Below, piece after piece: positions 1-9,542 of a DNA stretch of 64,000 nucleotides. The stretch comes from Alphaproteobacteria bacterium (lineage in GTDB: Bacteria > Pseudomonadota > Alphaproteobacteria > JBFXJJ01): the NCBI GenBank assembly GCA_050175015.1, contig JBFXJJ010000003.1, forward strand, positions 128,001 through 192,000, read 5' to 3'. The position numbers and the translations under genes are program-made. The notes under the pieces were generated by a model. It saw only the letters and a program-made list of their open reading frames with translations. It made no database searches and was not told where the DNA came from. How positions within the stretch are numbered: the stretch's first letter is position 1; each line of letters opens with the position of its first letter.

Positions 1-324
1 AAATCCAATTTTGAAGGTGGTTATCTCGTTAGTTTTGTGAAGAAAACTGAATTGGAAAAAACGGCTAATATTGTAGATTATGTTTCACAGCCAGTCGAAG
101 TTAATGCTAACAAATCGGGATATGCGTTTACAAAACATTTTTCTCTTAAAGCTGTAGCTCAAGATAAAGATGATGAAAATTATGCAGTATCTGAATCTAA
201 AAAAGCAAAAGAAGAACTTAAAAAACTTAGAGAAAGAGATCCCGAAAGTCTTACTAGAAAACCAATAAATGATGAATATCGCAAGGCGGGATTGTTTTCT
301 TTGATGAATGGGAAATCAAGATAA
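1..324 (+). CDS. hypothetical protein, 5'-truncated
   Basis: Frame 1 is open from base 1 (KSNFEGGYLVSFVKK...) to TAA at 322-324; ends AGLFSLMNGKSR. Confidence 0.65.
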   Translation, partial: KSNFEGGYLVSFVKKTELEKTANIVDYVSQPVEVNANKSGYAFTKHFSLKAVAQDKDDENYAVSESKKAKEELKKLRERDPESLTRKPINDEYRKAGLFSLMNGKSR

Positions 325-472
325 AAAGCTTAAATTTGCTTGTCCTTTATTACTAAGACAGAGCAAAGGGTTTTTCTTAAATGGCAGGATATTTTTTATT
401 TGTTGTTTTTTTAAGAAGCTTATAATTAAAATATTTAATGTTAACTATATTCTTTATATCAAACAAACATAT

Positions 473-510
473 AAAAAACCGTTACCACAAAAGTAGTAAC
501 GGTTTTTTTT
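473..510. terminator. bidirectional intrinsic terminator
   Basis: AAAAAACCGTTAC...GTAACGGTTTTTTTT between convergent genes. Confidence 0.75.
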
Positions 511-605
511 GTTTATAGATATAATTTGGGCTATACAGCATTAGGTTATAATTTAAGTAACAACCAAATAAGAGCATATAAAAACAATGTGTTGCCTTGT
601 GTTTT

Positions 606-1661
606 CTAGTTTTTATTAAGTTCTAAAAAGCTAGAATCACCATAGGAATAAAAACGGTAATTGTTTTGAATTGCATAGTCATAAGCTTTTTTCATATTTT
701 CTGTGCCGGCAAGGGCGCATACCAACATAAAAAGGGTTGATTTAGGAAGATGAAAATTGGTGATAAGGGCATCTACAGTTTTAAATTTATAACCAGGAGT
801 GATGAAAATATCAGTGTTATCTTTAAACGCTTTTAATATTCCAGATTGAGAAGCACTTTCTAGGATACGAAGAGATGTTGTTCCAACGGATATAATTTTG
901 CTTCCAGCTTTTTTTGCGTTATTAATTTCATCTGCAACTTCTTGGGTTACAACGCCAAATTCAGAATGCATTTTATGGTCTTTAGTATCATCAACTTTTA
1001 TGGGAAGAAAGGTTCCTTCTCCAACGTGAAGCGTTACATAAAGAGCTTTAACACCTTTTTCTTTTAAACATTGCATTACATTTTCAGTGAAATGTAAGCC
1101 CGCCGTTGGTGCCGCAACGGCTCCATCATTTTTAGCATAAATAGTTTGATAATCGGAGCTATCTTTTTTATCAACTTTACGTTTTTTATCGATATAAGGC
1201 GGCAATGGCATTACGCCAAACTCCCGCAGTTTTTTTAAAAGTTCTACATCGCTCATCATAAAGTCAATTAATACGGCAGCTTCCTCTTTTGCGATAACTT
1301 TAGCATCAAGCGTTTGCTCTTGATTGTCGTCAAATGCCGCATAGAAATTTATTGTTTGTCCAATTTTTAACCGCTTAGAGTTTTTTATTAAAGCCCAACG
1401 CTTGCCTTCTCCATCATTGCGACAAAGCGTAGCCTCAATTTTTGCATCTCCTCGTTTTCCAAATAATCTAGCAGGAATAACTCGAGTATCATTAAATACA
1501 ATGATATCTCCACTATGGCATAGTTCTACAATATCTTTGAAAATAAAATCTTTAAACTGTCCTTGATTAACATAAAGCAGCTTAGATGTATCTCTTGGCG
1601 ATGCTGGCCTTAGCGCAATTTGTTCTTCAGGAAGGTTGAAATCAAAAATATTAACGTCCAT
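606..1661 (-). CDS. queA: S-adenosylmethionine:tRNA ribosyltransferase-isomerase
   Basis: FNDTRVIPARL, PLPPYI, AVAAPTAGLHF, TNFHLPKSTL, YRFYSYGD. Confidence 0.97.
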   Translation of the reverse strand: MDVNIFDFNLPEEQIALRPASPRDTSKLLYVNQGQFKDFIFKDIVELCHSGDIIVFNDTRVIPARLFGKRGDAKIEATLCRNDGEGKRWALIKNSKRLKIGQTINFYAAFDDNQEQTLDAKVIAKEEAAVLIDFMMSDVELLKKLREFGVMPLPPYIDKKRKVDKKDSSDYQTIYAKNDGAVAAPTAGLHFTENVMQCLKEKGVKALYVTLHVGEGTFLPIKVDDTKDHKMHSEFGVVTQEVADEINNAKKAGSKIISVGTTSLRILESASQSGILKAFKDNTDIFITPGYKFKTVDALITNFHLPKSTLFMLVCALAGTENMKKAYDYAIQNNYRFYSYGDSSFLELNKN

Positions 1662-1708
1662 AGCTTAACCTTTATTCAAAAGTTTGTTTTATATGAATTA
1701 GGTTTAAC

Positions 1709-1741
1709 AAAAAACACCGCCTTTTAAAAGACGGTGTTTTT
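1709..1741 (-). terminator. intrinsic terminator after the HNH-HNH-SUKH operon
   Basis: AAAAAACACCG-ccttttaaaaga-CGGTGTTTTT, 20 nt past the SUKH stop. Confidence 0.75.
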
Positions 1742-1761
1742 AAAAAAAGCAGATATTTTGA

Positions 1762-2205
1762 TTATTCTGCAGAACCTACCATATCGGAAAAAAGTTCTTC
1801 AAAACTGCTGTAAGTTTCCATTTGATCTAATGACGTAAAGTCTAAAACTTCGTATAGTTTAGCTTCAGGATCATACGTATATAAATCTTCGTCAGATCTT
1901 CCAAGTAAAAGCTTGCCTTCTGCTAGTTCGCTTCTTTCTTCAAAATCTTCATTAGCACTTACAATATCATCAAGGGTAAAACCATCATCTGGATCTGTAA
2001 CCTGATCAGTGCTGTAGAATTGAATACCATTCCAAGCAAAACCATTAGCGATACGCAAGAAATCAACATAGTCTTTAGGCATTGCGGGTTTCTTATATTC
2101 AGCTAATTCTTTTTGGCATAAGGTCAAGTCTTTAGAGTCAGCAGGCCTTGCGATTAAAGCATCATCACCGCTTTCTGCTATCGACTTAATTAGTTTTTCA
2201 ATCAT
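1762..2205 (-). CDS. SMI1/KNR4 (SUKH, YrhA-like) immunity protein
   Basis: PA..DL...., MPKDYVDFLRIANG, NGIQFYS, LLLGRSDEDLYTYD, YSSFEEL; acidic; directly downstream of HNH genes. Confidence 0.8.
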   Translation of the reverse strand: MIEKLIKSIAESGDDALIARPADSKDLTLCQKELAEYKKPAMPKDYVDFLRIANGFAWNGIQFYSTDQVTDPDDGFTLDDIVSANEDFEERSELAEGKLLLGRSDEDLYTYDPEAKLYEVLDFTSLDQMETYSSFEELFSDMVGSAE

Positions 2206-2209
2206 TTTA

Positions 2210-2998
2210 TTACCTAGTTTTGTTTTTTAAAACAGAAAGAGCAATTTTATCTATGCCATAATTGGTGTTAGATTTATCTTCTCCTCCATCCATACTAATA
2301 GATTCTTTTTTACTCTCAGGCAAGATGTTTCTGCTGAGTTTCTTGAATCCAGAGTGGGTAGCTTCAAAATCTTGTGATTTATCAAATCCAGGTATTTTTG
2401 CCGTTGGAATATAAGCATTACGGTCTGACCAAGGAATTAAAACTTTTCTAGTTTCGCCTTCTCTAATATTTACGATTTGAAGATCGATTACACTATGATG
2501 TAAGTCATCATGTGGAGGAATAGGCATAATGATAAAGTTGGTAAATTCATTTTTACCACCACCATGAATAGGAAGTTTATGGTGAACATTATATCTTTTA
2601 GGACATAAACTATTGTAACGACCAGTCTCATCTTTAATTGGTGTTGCATTAATATAGTCTACTTCATCTTTAGAGAAACCAAGCTCTCTTAATTGATCAG
2701 GATGTTCTTCGGCCATAAATTTCATAAAGTGAGCCTTAACATCTTTGAACTTAGAGCGCATAGATTTTCTTTCATCGCTTGGTGGAACGGTGTAGTTCAT
2801 CTCACGAAGTTCAAACCCATGAATCGTTTTAAAAGGGAAGTTGATTTTCCCGCCGCCTTGAGGGCGACCACCAGAACGAGGGTTCTTTTTCTTAAAACTT
2901 AGCTTCTCGAGTCTTTCTTCTTTTGAAACCTTATTATAATTTAAAGCTTTAGCTGCATTTTTTATAGGACTGTTTCTTTCCATTTTTTTAAAATCCAT
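2210..2998 (-). CDS. HNH endonuclease, polymorphic-toxin-tip-like
   Basis: YNVHHKLPIHGGGKNEFTNFIIM..PHDDLH. Confidence 0.8.
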   Translation of the reverse strand: MDFKKMERNSPIKNAAKALNYNKVSKEERLEKLSFKKKNPRSGGRPQGGGKINFPFKTIHGFELREMNYTVPPSDERKSMRSKFKDVKAHFMKFMAEEHPDQLRELGFSKDEVDYINATPIKDETGRYNSLCPKRYNVHHKLPIHGGGKNEFTNFIIMPIPPHDDLHHSVIDLQIVNIREGETRKVLIPWSDRNAYIPTAKIPGFDKSQDFEATHSGFKKLSRNILPESKKESISMDGGEDKSNTNYGIDKIALSVLKNKTR

Positions 2999-3045
2999 TC
3001 ATTCCTAAAATAATTAATTAAAAATAACGTTTAACGGTGCTTTAG

Positions 3046-3666
3046 TTACATCGCTCGACGTTTTAACTCACCTACAATTTGTAAAGTCACTTTTTTGTTT
3101 ATATTAGTATTCTTTAAGTTTTCTGGGGTATAGATAATTATGCCGGCTGGTTTGGGAATTTTAATCTGCCGTTTTTCGCCATCATTCATACCTCTGATTT
3201 GCGGATTAATATATTGATTATGAATATGTTCGTGAACAGGGCTAGCAATAACAATACATAAGTTATCAAAATCGTTTTTGCCGCCGCCATGAATCGGGAG
3301 TTTATGATGGATATTGTATCCTTTTGGACACATACCTTTTCTCATAGTAGCTAGTTGTTTTGATGAAAAACCTTCTTTTTTTAAGTCGTCTTTGTATTCT
3401 TCAGCTAGATGTTTAAGGAACTCTTTTCTAACATAAGCAAACTCACCTCTTATGCGTTTTCTTGTGTCAATATCAGGGATATCATAAATTACATATTCAC
3501 AAACTATTCCAAGATAAGTATCAGGAAGTTTATCTGGTGATATTGCGCCTTTGCGCTTTGTTTCGCGCCAAGCAGCGATATCATTGCCTGTTCCTAAACG
3601 ACGAGGTCTAGCAGGTTTTTTATAAACGTACTCTTTCTTGCTCTTGGAGGTGTTTTTATCGTTCAT
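3046..3666 (-). CDS. HNH endonuclease, polymorphic-toxin-tip-like (paralog of 2210..2998)
   Basis: RKEFLKHLA...GFS...PKGYNIHHKLPIHGGGKNDFDNL...VHEHIH. Confidence 0.8.
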   Translation of the reverse strand: MNDKNTSKSKKEYVYKKPARPRRLGTGNDIAAWRETKRKGAISPDKLPDTYLGIVCEYVIYDIPDIDTRKRIRGEFAYVRKEFLKHLAEEYKDDLKKEGFSSKQLATMRKGMCPKGYNIHHKLPIHGGGKNDFDNLCIVIASPVHEHIHNQYINPQIRGMNDGEKRQIKIPKPAGIIIYTPENLKNTNINKKVTLQIVGELKRRAM

Positions 3667-3815
3667 TTTTTTTCCTTTAGAGGTGCTTTTTTAAAAAGAG
3701 AATTCTTGCTCTCTCTTTAAAATAAAACTATAACAGATAATAAATCTGTCGGCAAGTTTTTTTGTATAATTTTTTACGACAACTTTTTGGACAAAATCAG
3801 TTGGAGAATAGAAAG

Positions 3816-4592
3816 ATGACTAATAGCAATATTGATGAAACTATTAAAAGATATAATCCGATTATTATTATTCCTGCACGTATGGCTGCAACCAGACTTC
3901 CTGGAAAACCTTTAGCTAAGATTGCAGGTAAAGAAATGATACTGCATGTTATTAACAGGGCTAAAGAGGCAAAGATTGGCAAAGTGCTTGTAGCATGCGG
4001 CGAAGAAGAAATAGCCAATGTTGTCAATAAAGAAGGCGAAACCGCTATTTTGACAGATCCTAATCTTCCCTCGGGTTCCGACAGAATTTTTGCGGCGTTA
4101 GAAACATTTGATAAAGAAGGCAAGCACAAGATTATTGTTAATGTTCAAGGCGATTTGCCAACAATAGATCCTCAAATGATTAGAGATTCTTTGCTTCCTT
4201 TAGAGGACGAAGAAGTTGATATTGCAACGTTAGTTGCGAAAACAACAACGCCAGAAGAAAATGCCAGTCCAAATGTTGTAAAAGCGGTAACCGCTTTTGC
4301 AGAAGGAAAAAGAGTTGCTAGAGCGCTTTATTTTACAAGAACAACTGCTCCTTATGGTGAAGGCGATATTTTCCATCATATCGGTCTTTATGCTTACCGC
4401 AGGGCATCGCTTGCTAAATTTATTAGCTTGCCTCAAGGCATATTAGAAAAAAGAGAAAAATTAGAGCAACTAAGAGCGTTAGAAAACGGAATGAGAATAG
4501 ATGCGACTTTAGTTAATAAGGCTCCTTTTGGGGTCGATACTAAAGAAGATTTAGACCGAGCAGAAATTATGATTAAGCAGTTTTTAAAATAG
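3816..4592 (+). CDS. kdsB: 3-deoxy-manno-octulosonate cytidylyltransferase
   Basis: IPARMAATRLPGKPL, SGSDRI, VNVQGDLP, HIGLYAY, EKLEQLRAL; start placed at ATG 3816 after GGAG. Confidence 0.96.
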   Translation: MTNSNIDETIKRYNPIIIIPARMAATRLPGKPLAKIAGKEMILHVINRAKEAKIGKVLVACGEEEIANVVNKEGETAILTDPNLPSGSDRIFAALETFDKEGKHKIIVNVQGDLPTIDPQMIRDSLLPLEDEEVDIATLVAKTTTPEENASPNVVKAVTAFAEGKRVARALYFTRTTAPYGEGDIFHHIGLYAYRRASLAKFISLPQGILEKREKLEQLRALENGMRIDATLVNKAPFGVDTKEDLDRAEIMIKQFLK

Positions 4593-4610
4593 GAAGTTAC
4601 TAAAAAACCT

Positions 4611-5465
4611 ATGTCAGAAAATCCAGAAAATATAATTGCATATCAGGGGTATCCAGGGGCTTATTCCCAAATGGCTTGTAATGCAAAGTTTCCATTGTTA
4701 GAAACAATGCCCTGTCCAACCTTTGAACTTGCAATGGACGCCGTTCGTGAAGGCAAGGCTAAATTTGCGATGCTTCCCGTTGAAAACTCTGTTGCAGGCA
4801 GGGTTGCAGATATTCATTCTCTGCTTCCCAACTCCAACCTTTATATTGTGGGCGAGCATTATCAGAGAATTGAACATTGCCTTATGGCGTGTAAGGGTGC
4901 AACGATTGACTCGATAAAAACGGTTCATAGTCATATTCAAGCTCTTTCGCAATGCCGAAAAATGATAAAAAAATATGGGTTTGAACGCTGCCCCGAAGCT
5001 AATACGGCAATAGCTGCTAAAAACATTGCTTTAGATAAAGATAAGACTAAAGCCGTTATCGCATCAAGACTTTCAGCTGAGATTTATGGATTAGATATTT
5101 TGATTCCAAATATTGAAGACTCTGACCATAACACAACGAGATTTTTGGTGATGTCAAAAGATTATAGACTTCCGCCAAGAAACGGCAGTGCGTATGTAAC
5201 CTCTTTTATTTTTAAAGTTAAAAACATTCCCGCAGCACTTTATAAAAGCTTGGGAGGCTTTGCCACTAATGGCGTAAATATGACTAAGCTTGAAAGTTAT
5301 TTAGGTGAAGGTGATTTTGTTGCCGCTCAATTTTATGCTGATGTCGAAGCTCACCCAGAAGACAGGGGATTGAAGCTTGCGATGGAAGAATTGTCGTTTT
5401 TTTCTGAGGAAATTAATATCCTAGGAACGTATTTGGCGCACCCTTATCGCTTTCTTTCAAGATAA
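4611..5465 (+). CDS. pheA: prephenate dehydratase
   Basis: AYQGYPGAYS, LPVENSVAG, NTTRF, ACT domain NMTKLES. Confidence 0.95.
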   Translation: MSENPENIIAYQGYPGAYSQMACNAKFPLLETMPCPTFELAMDAVREGKAKFAMLPVENSVAGRVADIHSLLPNSNLYIVGEHYQRIEHCLMACKGATIDSIKTVHSHIQALSQCRKMIKKYGFERCPEANTAIAAKNIALDKDKTKAVIASRLSAEIYGLDILIPNIEDSDHNTTRFLVMSKDYRLPPRNGSAYVTSFIFKVKNIPAALYKSLGGFATNGVNMTKLESYLGEGDFVAAQFYADVEAHPEDRGLKLAMEELSFFSEEINILGTYLAHPYRFLSR

Positions 5466-5529
5466 GATATCAACATTTTTAAAATTCTTGCTTGCAAAAA
5501 TATGTTTTGAACGCAATATTGGAAAGTAA

Positions 5530-5629
5530 GGAAAGCTGGTTTGCGGACGAAATCTTTCGCCAACCCGGTCAGGTTCGGAAGAAAGCAGCCGTAACGAATT
5601 TGGATTTTGGGTCGCTTAGCTGGCTTTCC
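5530..5629 (+). ncRNA. ffs: SRP 4.5S RNA
   Basis: Helix-8 motif GGTCAGG-TTC-GGAA-GAA-AGCAGCC; ends GGAAAGCTG/TGGCTTTCC pair; lies just upstream of dnaX. Confidence 0.92.
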
Positions 5630-5660
5630 CCTTTAATTTTTTTAGCTATAAAAATAGTAG

Positions 5661-7544
5661 ATGTCTGAATTAGATGAAAACCAGAGTTTTAGTTTTGAAG
5701 AAGCATCTCTTTTGAAAGCAAAAGAGAGCGATAGCGCTCGCCCTTATTGTGTTTTAGCAAGAAAATACCGTCCTAAAACTTTTTCCAGCCTTATTGGTCA
5801 AGATACCTTAGTTAAAACGTTAACCAATGCTATTCAGTCTAATCGAATCGCACAGGCATATATTTTAACGGGCATAAGAGGGATTGGTAAAACTTCTACA
5901 GCAAGAATAATTGCCCGAGCTTTAAACTGTACGGGGGTTGATGGCAATGGTACCGAGCCTACAACCGAACCTTGCGGAGTATGTTCTAATTGCAGAGCTA
6001 TCGAAAATGACAATCACGTTGATGTCTTTGAAATGGACGCCGCCAGCCGTACTGGGGTTGACGATATCAGAGAAATTTTAGATAGTGTTCGTTATAAGCC
6101 GTCGGTTGCGAGATATAAGATTTATGTTATCGACGAAGTTCATATGCTTTCTAAAAATGCCTTTAACGCTTTGCTTAAAACCTTGGAAGAACCGCCTCCA
6201 CACGTAAAGTTTATTTTTGCAACGACAGAGATTAGAAAAGTTCTTCCAACGATTTTATCACGTTGCCAGCGTTTTGATTTAAAAAGAGTTGAAGATGTTG
6301 TATTGGCAAAGCATTTTGAAAATATCGCGGGTTTAGAAAAGGTTGCTATTGATAAAGAAGCGGTTGCGATTATTGCTAAAATTGCTGATGGTTCCGTAAG
6401 AGACGGGCTGTCTCTTTTAGATGGTATTATTGCTCATAGCAGTGGTACTAGTGCAATCACGGCTGAGGATGTCCGCAAGATTATTGGTTTGGCTGATAAA
6501 TCGGTTTTGTTTGACATTTTTGAAGCCTTAATGAAAGGCGAAACCGCTAAAGCCATAGACCTTTTTGCAATGCAGCACGATTTAGGTGCCGATCCTTTAA
6601 ATATATTGCAAGATCTTCTTGAGCTTACTCATTTTATTACTAAAGCAAAAATCGCACCAGAGACAATAAATAATCCTGCCGTAGCCGAAGAAGATCGTAA
6701 GCGTGGAAAAGAAATGGCCGACAAACTGCCAATGTCGGTTTTGACAAGGTGCTTTCAAATGCTTTTAAAAGGCATAGATGAAACTAAAACAGCATATACG
6801 CCATTTATGACGGCAGAGATGTGTTTAATTCGAATTGCTTTTGTTTCTGACTTACCAACTCCAGAAAAAGCCATTTTGGATTTAAAAAAAAAAGCAATAA
6901 CATCTAGCCTGTCTTCCGTTTCTGCGCCAGCGGTTAATAATACTAAAGCTGATATCAGCCATAATAATTTTGAACCAAAATTGCCTAATAATGTGGTTGA
7001 TTTAAATTCTAGCAGGGCTGTTTCTAATGAAAAAAACTCAAAAAACATTAATGATGCTCCTGAAATAAGCAGCGGTAATCAAGCTAAAAGTGATGTAAAT
7101 ATATCTAAAGAGCCTCAAATTAAGAATTTTTGGGATATTCAAGCTGTTTTTATGAAAAACAGAGAAATGCTTATTGCGCACAGTTTTTCTAATGATGTTA
7201 TTCCTGTCGCTATAGAGGGCAACATCATTAAAATTGCATTAAAAAATAATAAGGCAGCTCCCGATTTTGCTTATAAATTATCAGAAAAGCTTTCGGCTCT
7301 TTTAGGTGCTGATTATAAATTTGTTATTGTAGAGTCTCAAGAAGGCGTAAAAACACTGGCAGAGCAGACGGTTATTCTTGAAGAAAAGCGCAAACAAGAT
7401 ATTGCCGCTGTTCCAATTATTAGAAAAGTATTAGAAGCTTTTCCTAATTCTGAGATTGAAAGTATAACTAACAATAATGATAATGACGAAAGCGAAAAAG
7501 AAGATAACGAAGATAAAAGTTTTTATGTAGAGGACGAAAAATGA
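5661..7544 (+). CDS. dnaX: DNA polymerase III subunit tau/gamma
   Basis: LARKYRP, GIRGIGKTS, zinc Cys cluster, IDEVHML, SRC. Confidence 0.97.
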   Translation: MSELDENQSFSFEEASLLKAKESDSARPYCVLARKYRPKTFSSLIGQDTLVKTLTNAIQSNRIAQAYILTGIRGIGKTSTARIIARALNCTGVDGNGTEPTTEPCGVCSNCRAIENDNHVDVFEMDAASRTGVDDIREILDSVRYKPSVARYKIYVIDEVHMLSKNAFNALLKTLEEPPPHVKFIFATTEIRKVLPTILSRCQRFDLKRVEDVVLAKHFENIAGLEKVAIDKEAVAIIAKIADGSVRDGLSLLDGIIAHSSGTSAITAEDVRKIIGLADKSVLFDIFEALMKGETAKAIDLFAMQHDLGADPLNILQDLLELTHFITKAKIAPETINNPAVAEEDRKRGKEMADKLPMSVLTRCFQMLLKGIDETKTAYTPFMTAEMCLIRIAFVSDLPTPEKAILDLKKKAITSSLSSVSAPAVNNTKADISHNNFEPKLPNNVVDLNSSRAVSNEKNSKNINDAPEISSGNQAKSDVNISKEPQIKNFWDIQAVFMKNREMLIAHSFSNDVIPVAIEGNIIKIALKNNKAAPDFAYKLSEKLSALLGADYKFVIVESQEGVKTLAEQTVILEEKRKQDIAAVPIIRKVLEAFPNSEIESITNNNDNDESEKEDNEDKSFYVEDEK

Positions 7545-7861
7545 AAGGTTTGGAAAATATTCTGAAGCACGCAGGAGAGATTCAGAAAAAATTAGAAGAA
7601 GAGCAGCATAAGTTAGAAAAATCCTTATATGAAGGAGCTGCAGGAGGCGGAATGGTTAAGGTTACTCTTAACGGTAAAGCTGATGTAAAAAAAGTTATTA
7701 TTGACCCATCTATTGTTAATCCCAATGAAAAAGAAATAATCGAGGATTTGATTGTTGCCGCATTTAATGATGCTAAACGCAAAGTTGAAGATGGTATGCG
7801 CAATTCAATGTCGGGCTTAGTTGACGGTATGCCTAGTTCTAATCCTTTTCTTAATTTCTAA
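7541..7861 (+). CDS. ybaB: YbaB/EbfC nucleoid-associated protein
   Basis: GAAGGGMVKVTLNG, EDLIVAAFNDA; between dnaX and recR. Confidence 0.95.
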   Translation: MKGLENILKHAGEIQKKLEEEQHKLEKSLYEGAAGGGMVKVTLNGKADVKKVIIDPSIVNPNEKEIIEDLIVAAFNDAKRKVEDGMRNSMSGLVDGMPSSNPFLNF

Positions 7862-7869
7862 AAAAACAA

Positions 7870-8463
7870 ATGTCAGAAAACGGTTTCGATAATCTAAGTT
7901 ATATTCTTTCCAAATTGCCAGGTTTAGGACCTAGATCGGCAAAAAGGGTTATGCTTTATCTCCTTAAAAAACGTGAAAATGTAATGCAGCCCTTAATAAA
8001 AGCGCTGACTGATGCTTATGATAATATTAAGACGTGTAAAGTCTGTGGCAATTTTGATGTTTCTGATCCCTGTTCTATCTGCCAAAATCCGAAAAGAGAT
8101 ACAGCTTCTTTATGTGTTGTCCAAGATGTTGCGGATTTATGGGCATTAGAACGCAGTTTAGCGTTCAGAGGCAGGTACCACGTTTTAGGTGGACTTTTAT
8201 CGGCTATTGACGGTATCGGACCTGATGCTATAGGTATTGATAAACTTAGAAGAAGAATCTTAGACGAGAATATAGCAGAGATTATTTTGGCACTTCCTGC
8301 AACAGTTGATGGCAAAACAACCTCACATTATATTGTTGAATTAATTAAAGATACAGAAGTTAAAATTTCAAGTTTAGCACACGGAGTTCCTGTTGGCGGC
8401 GAATTAGATTATCTTGATGACGGAACCATTGAAACCGCTATCAAAAATCGTATGCCCTTTTAA
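7870..8463 (+). CDS. recR: recombination protein RecR
   Basis: LPGLGPRSA, C4 zinc finger, YHVLGG, GVPVGGELDYLD. Confidence 0.97.
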   Translation: MSENGFDNLSYILSKLPGLGPRSAKRVMLYLLKKRENVMQPLIKALTDAYDNIKTCKVCGNFDVSDPCSICQNPKRDTASLCVVQDVADLWALERSLAFRGRYHVLGGLLSAIDGIGPDAIGIDKLRRRILDENIAEIILALPATVDGKTTSHYIVELIKDTEVKISSLAHGVPVGGELDYLDDGTIETAIKNRMPF

Positions 8464-8479
8464 TTTAAAGGTTATTTTT

Positions 8480-9391
8480 ATGGTTATGAAAAAGATAATT
8501 ATTGCTCTTTTCTTGGTTATAAGTTCTGTTCCTTGCGCTTTAGCCGATTTCGCAAAAGGTCTTGCGGCATATGAAGCAGGGGAATATAAAACCGCTCTTT
8601 TAGAATGGACGGTTGATGCCGAAAATGATGATGTTGCTGCTATGCGCAATATTGGTCATATGTTCCGCTGGGGCAGGGGTGTTGAAAAAAATTTAATAAC
8701 AGCCGCATACTGGTATAAAAAAGCTGCGGACAAAGGCTTTGATAAAGCACAATACAACTTGGCATTGCTTTACTTAGATGGGGAAGGCGTTGCCAAAGAT
8801 ATTAAAGAAGCGGTTCATTGGCTGGAGTTAGCCAGCAGCCAAGGACACGCTGAAGCATCTAAAAAATTGGAGGAGCTAAGGCAAACTCAAGCCGAAAATG
8901 TTGTCAAAGATGTTGCTAAAGAGAAGATAGCAGCGCCAAGTAAGGAAAAAACGGAAGAGACATCAACATCTGCCGTTGCCAAAAAACTTGATATAACGGA
9001 AAAAGAACAAGTAAAAAAAGAAACCGATAAGAAAGCAAATCAGGCTTTAGAAAAAGCGATAAAACCTGATTTAAAAGAAGATAAAGAGCTTTTGAAAACA
9101 GCGGTCAAAAATTCTGATAATAAGGCTGAAAAGGAAGAACAATCAGCGGTGCATATAAGTTCGTATAATTCTGAAGATGGTGCGTTGTCTGGCTGGAGCG
9201 TCCTTAGAAAAAAATATAAGAATTTAGATCAATTCAAAATGGAATTAAAAAAAGTTGAAGTCAAAGGCAAAGTTATGATTAGGCTTTTTGCTAAAGGTAA
9301 AACCAGCGATGCTTTAGCTTTGTGTCAAGCCATCAAGAATCAAAAAGAGTATTGCGTAGTCTATGACAAAGATGGAAAGAAAATTTTCTAG
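8480..9391 (+). CDS. exported SEL1-repeat protein with probable C-terminal SPOR domain
   Basis: Signal peptide; SEL1 repeats (AQYNLALLYLDGEGV); Lys/Glu linker; VHISSY...W..L...C..IK...YC tail. Confidence 0.8.
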   Translation: MVMKKIIIALFLVISSVPCALADFAKGLAAYEAGEYKTALLEWTVDAENDDVAAMRNIGHMFRWGRGVEKNLITAAYWYKKAADKGFDKAQYNLALLYLDGEGVAKDIKEAVHWLELASSQGHAEASKKLEELRQTQAENVVKDVAKEKIAAPSKEKTEETSTSAVAKKLDITEKEQVKKETDKKANQALEKAIKPDLKEDKELLKTAVKNSDNKAEKEEQSAVHISSYNSEDGALSGWSVLRKKYKNLDQFKMELKKVEVKGKVMIRLFAKGKTSDALALCQAIKNQKEYCVVYDKDGKKIF

Positions 9392-9542
9392 GGCGCATAG
9401 CAATTAAAGATATTTTATGAAAATGAATAAAATTGCTTTGCAAACTAATTTTGATATAAAAATTCACAAATCGTATAATTAAAATATTTTGACCTGAGCA
9501 ATAGCTAAATTGCAATATTTTAGCTTGGCTGTATTTATATAA

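Noticed and set aside
308-496. 62-aa ORF
   Set aside because: AT-rich, overlaps the upstream stop and runs into a terminator; no recognisable motif
2210-3666. HNH genes as homing endonucleases or restriction enzymes
   Set aside because: No intron, intein or methylase nearby; the adjacent SUKH gene fits toxin-immunity better
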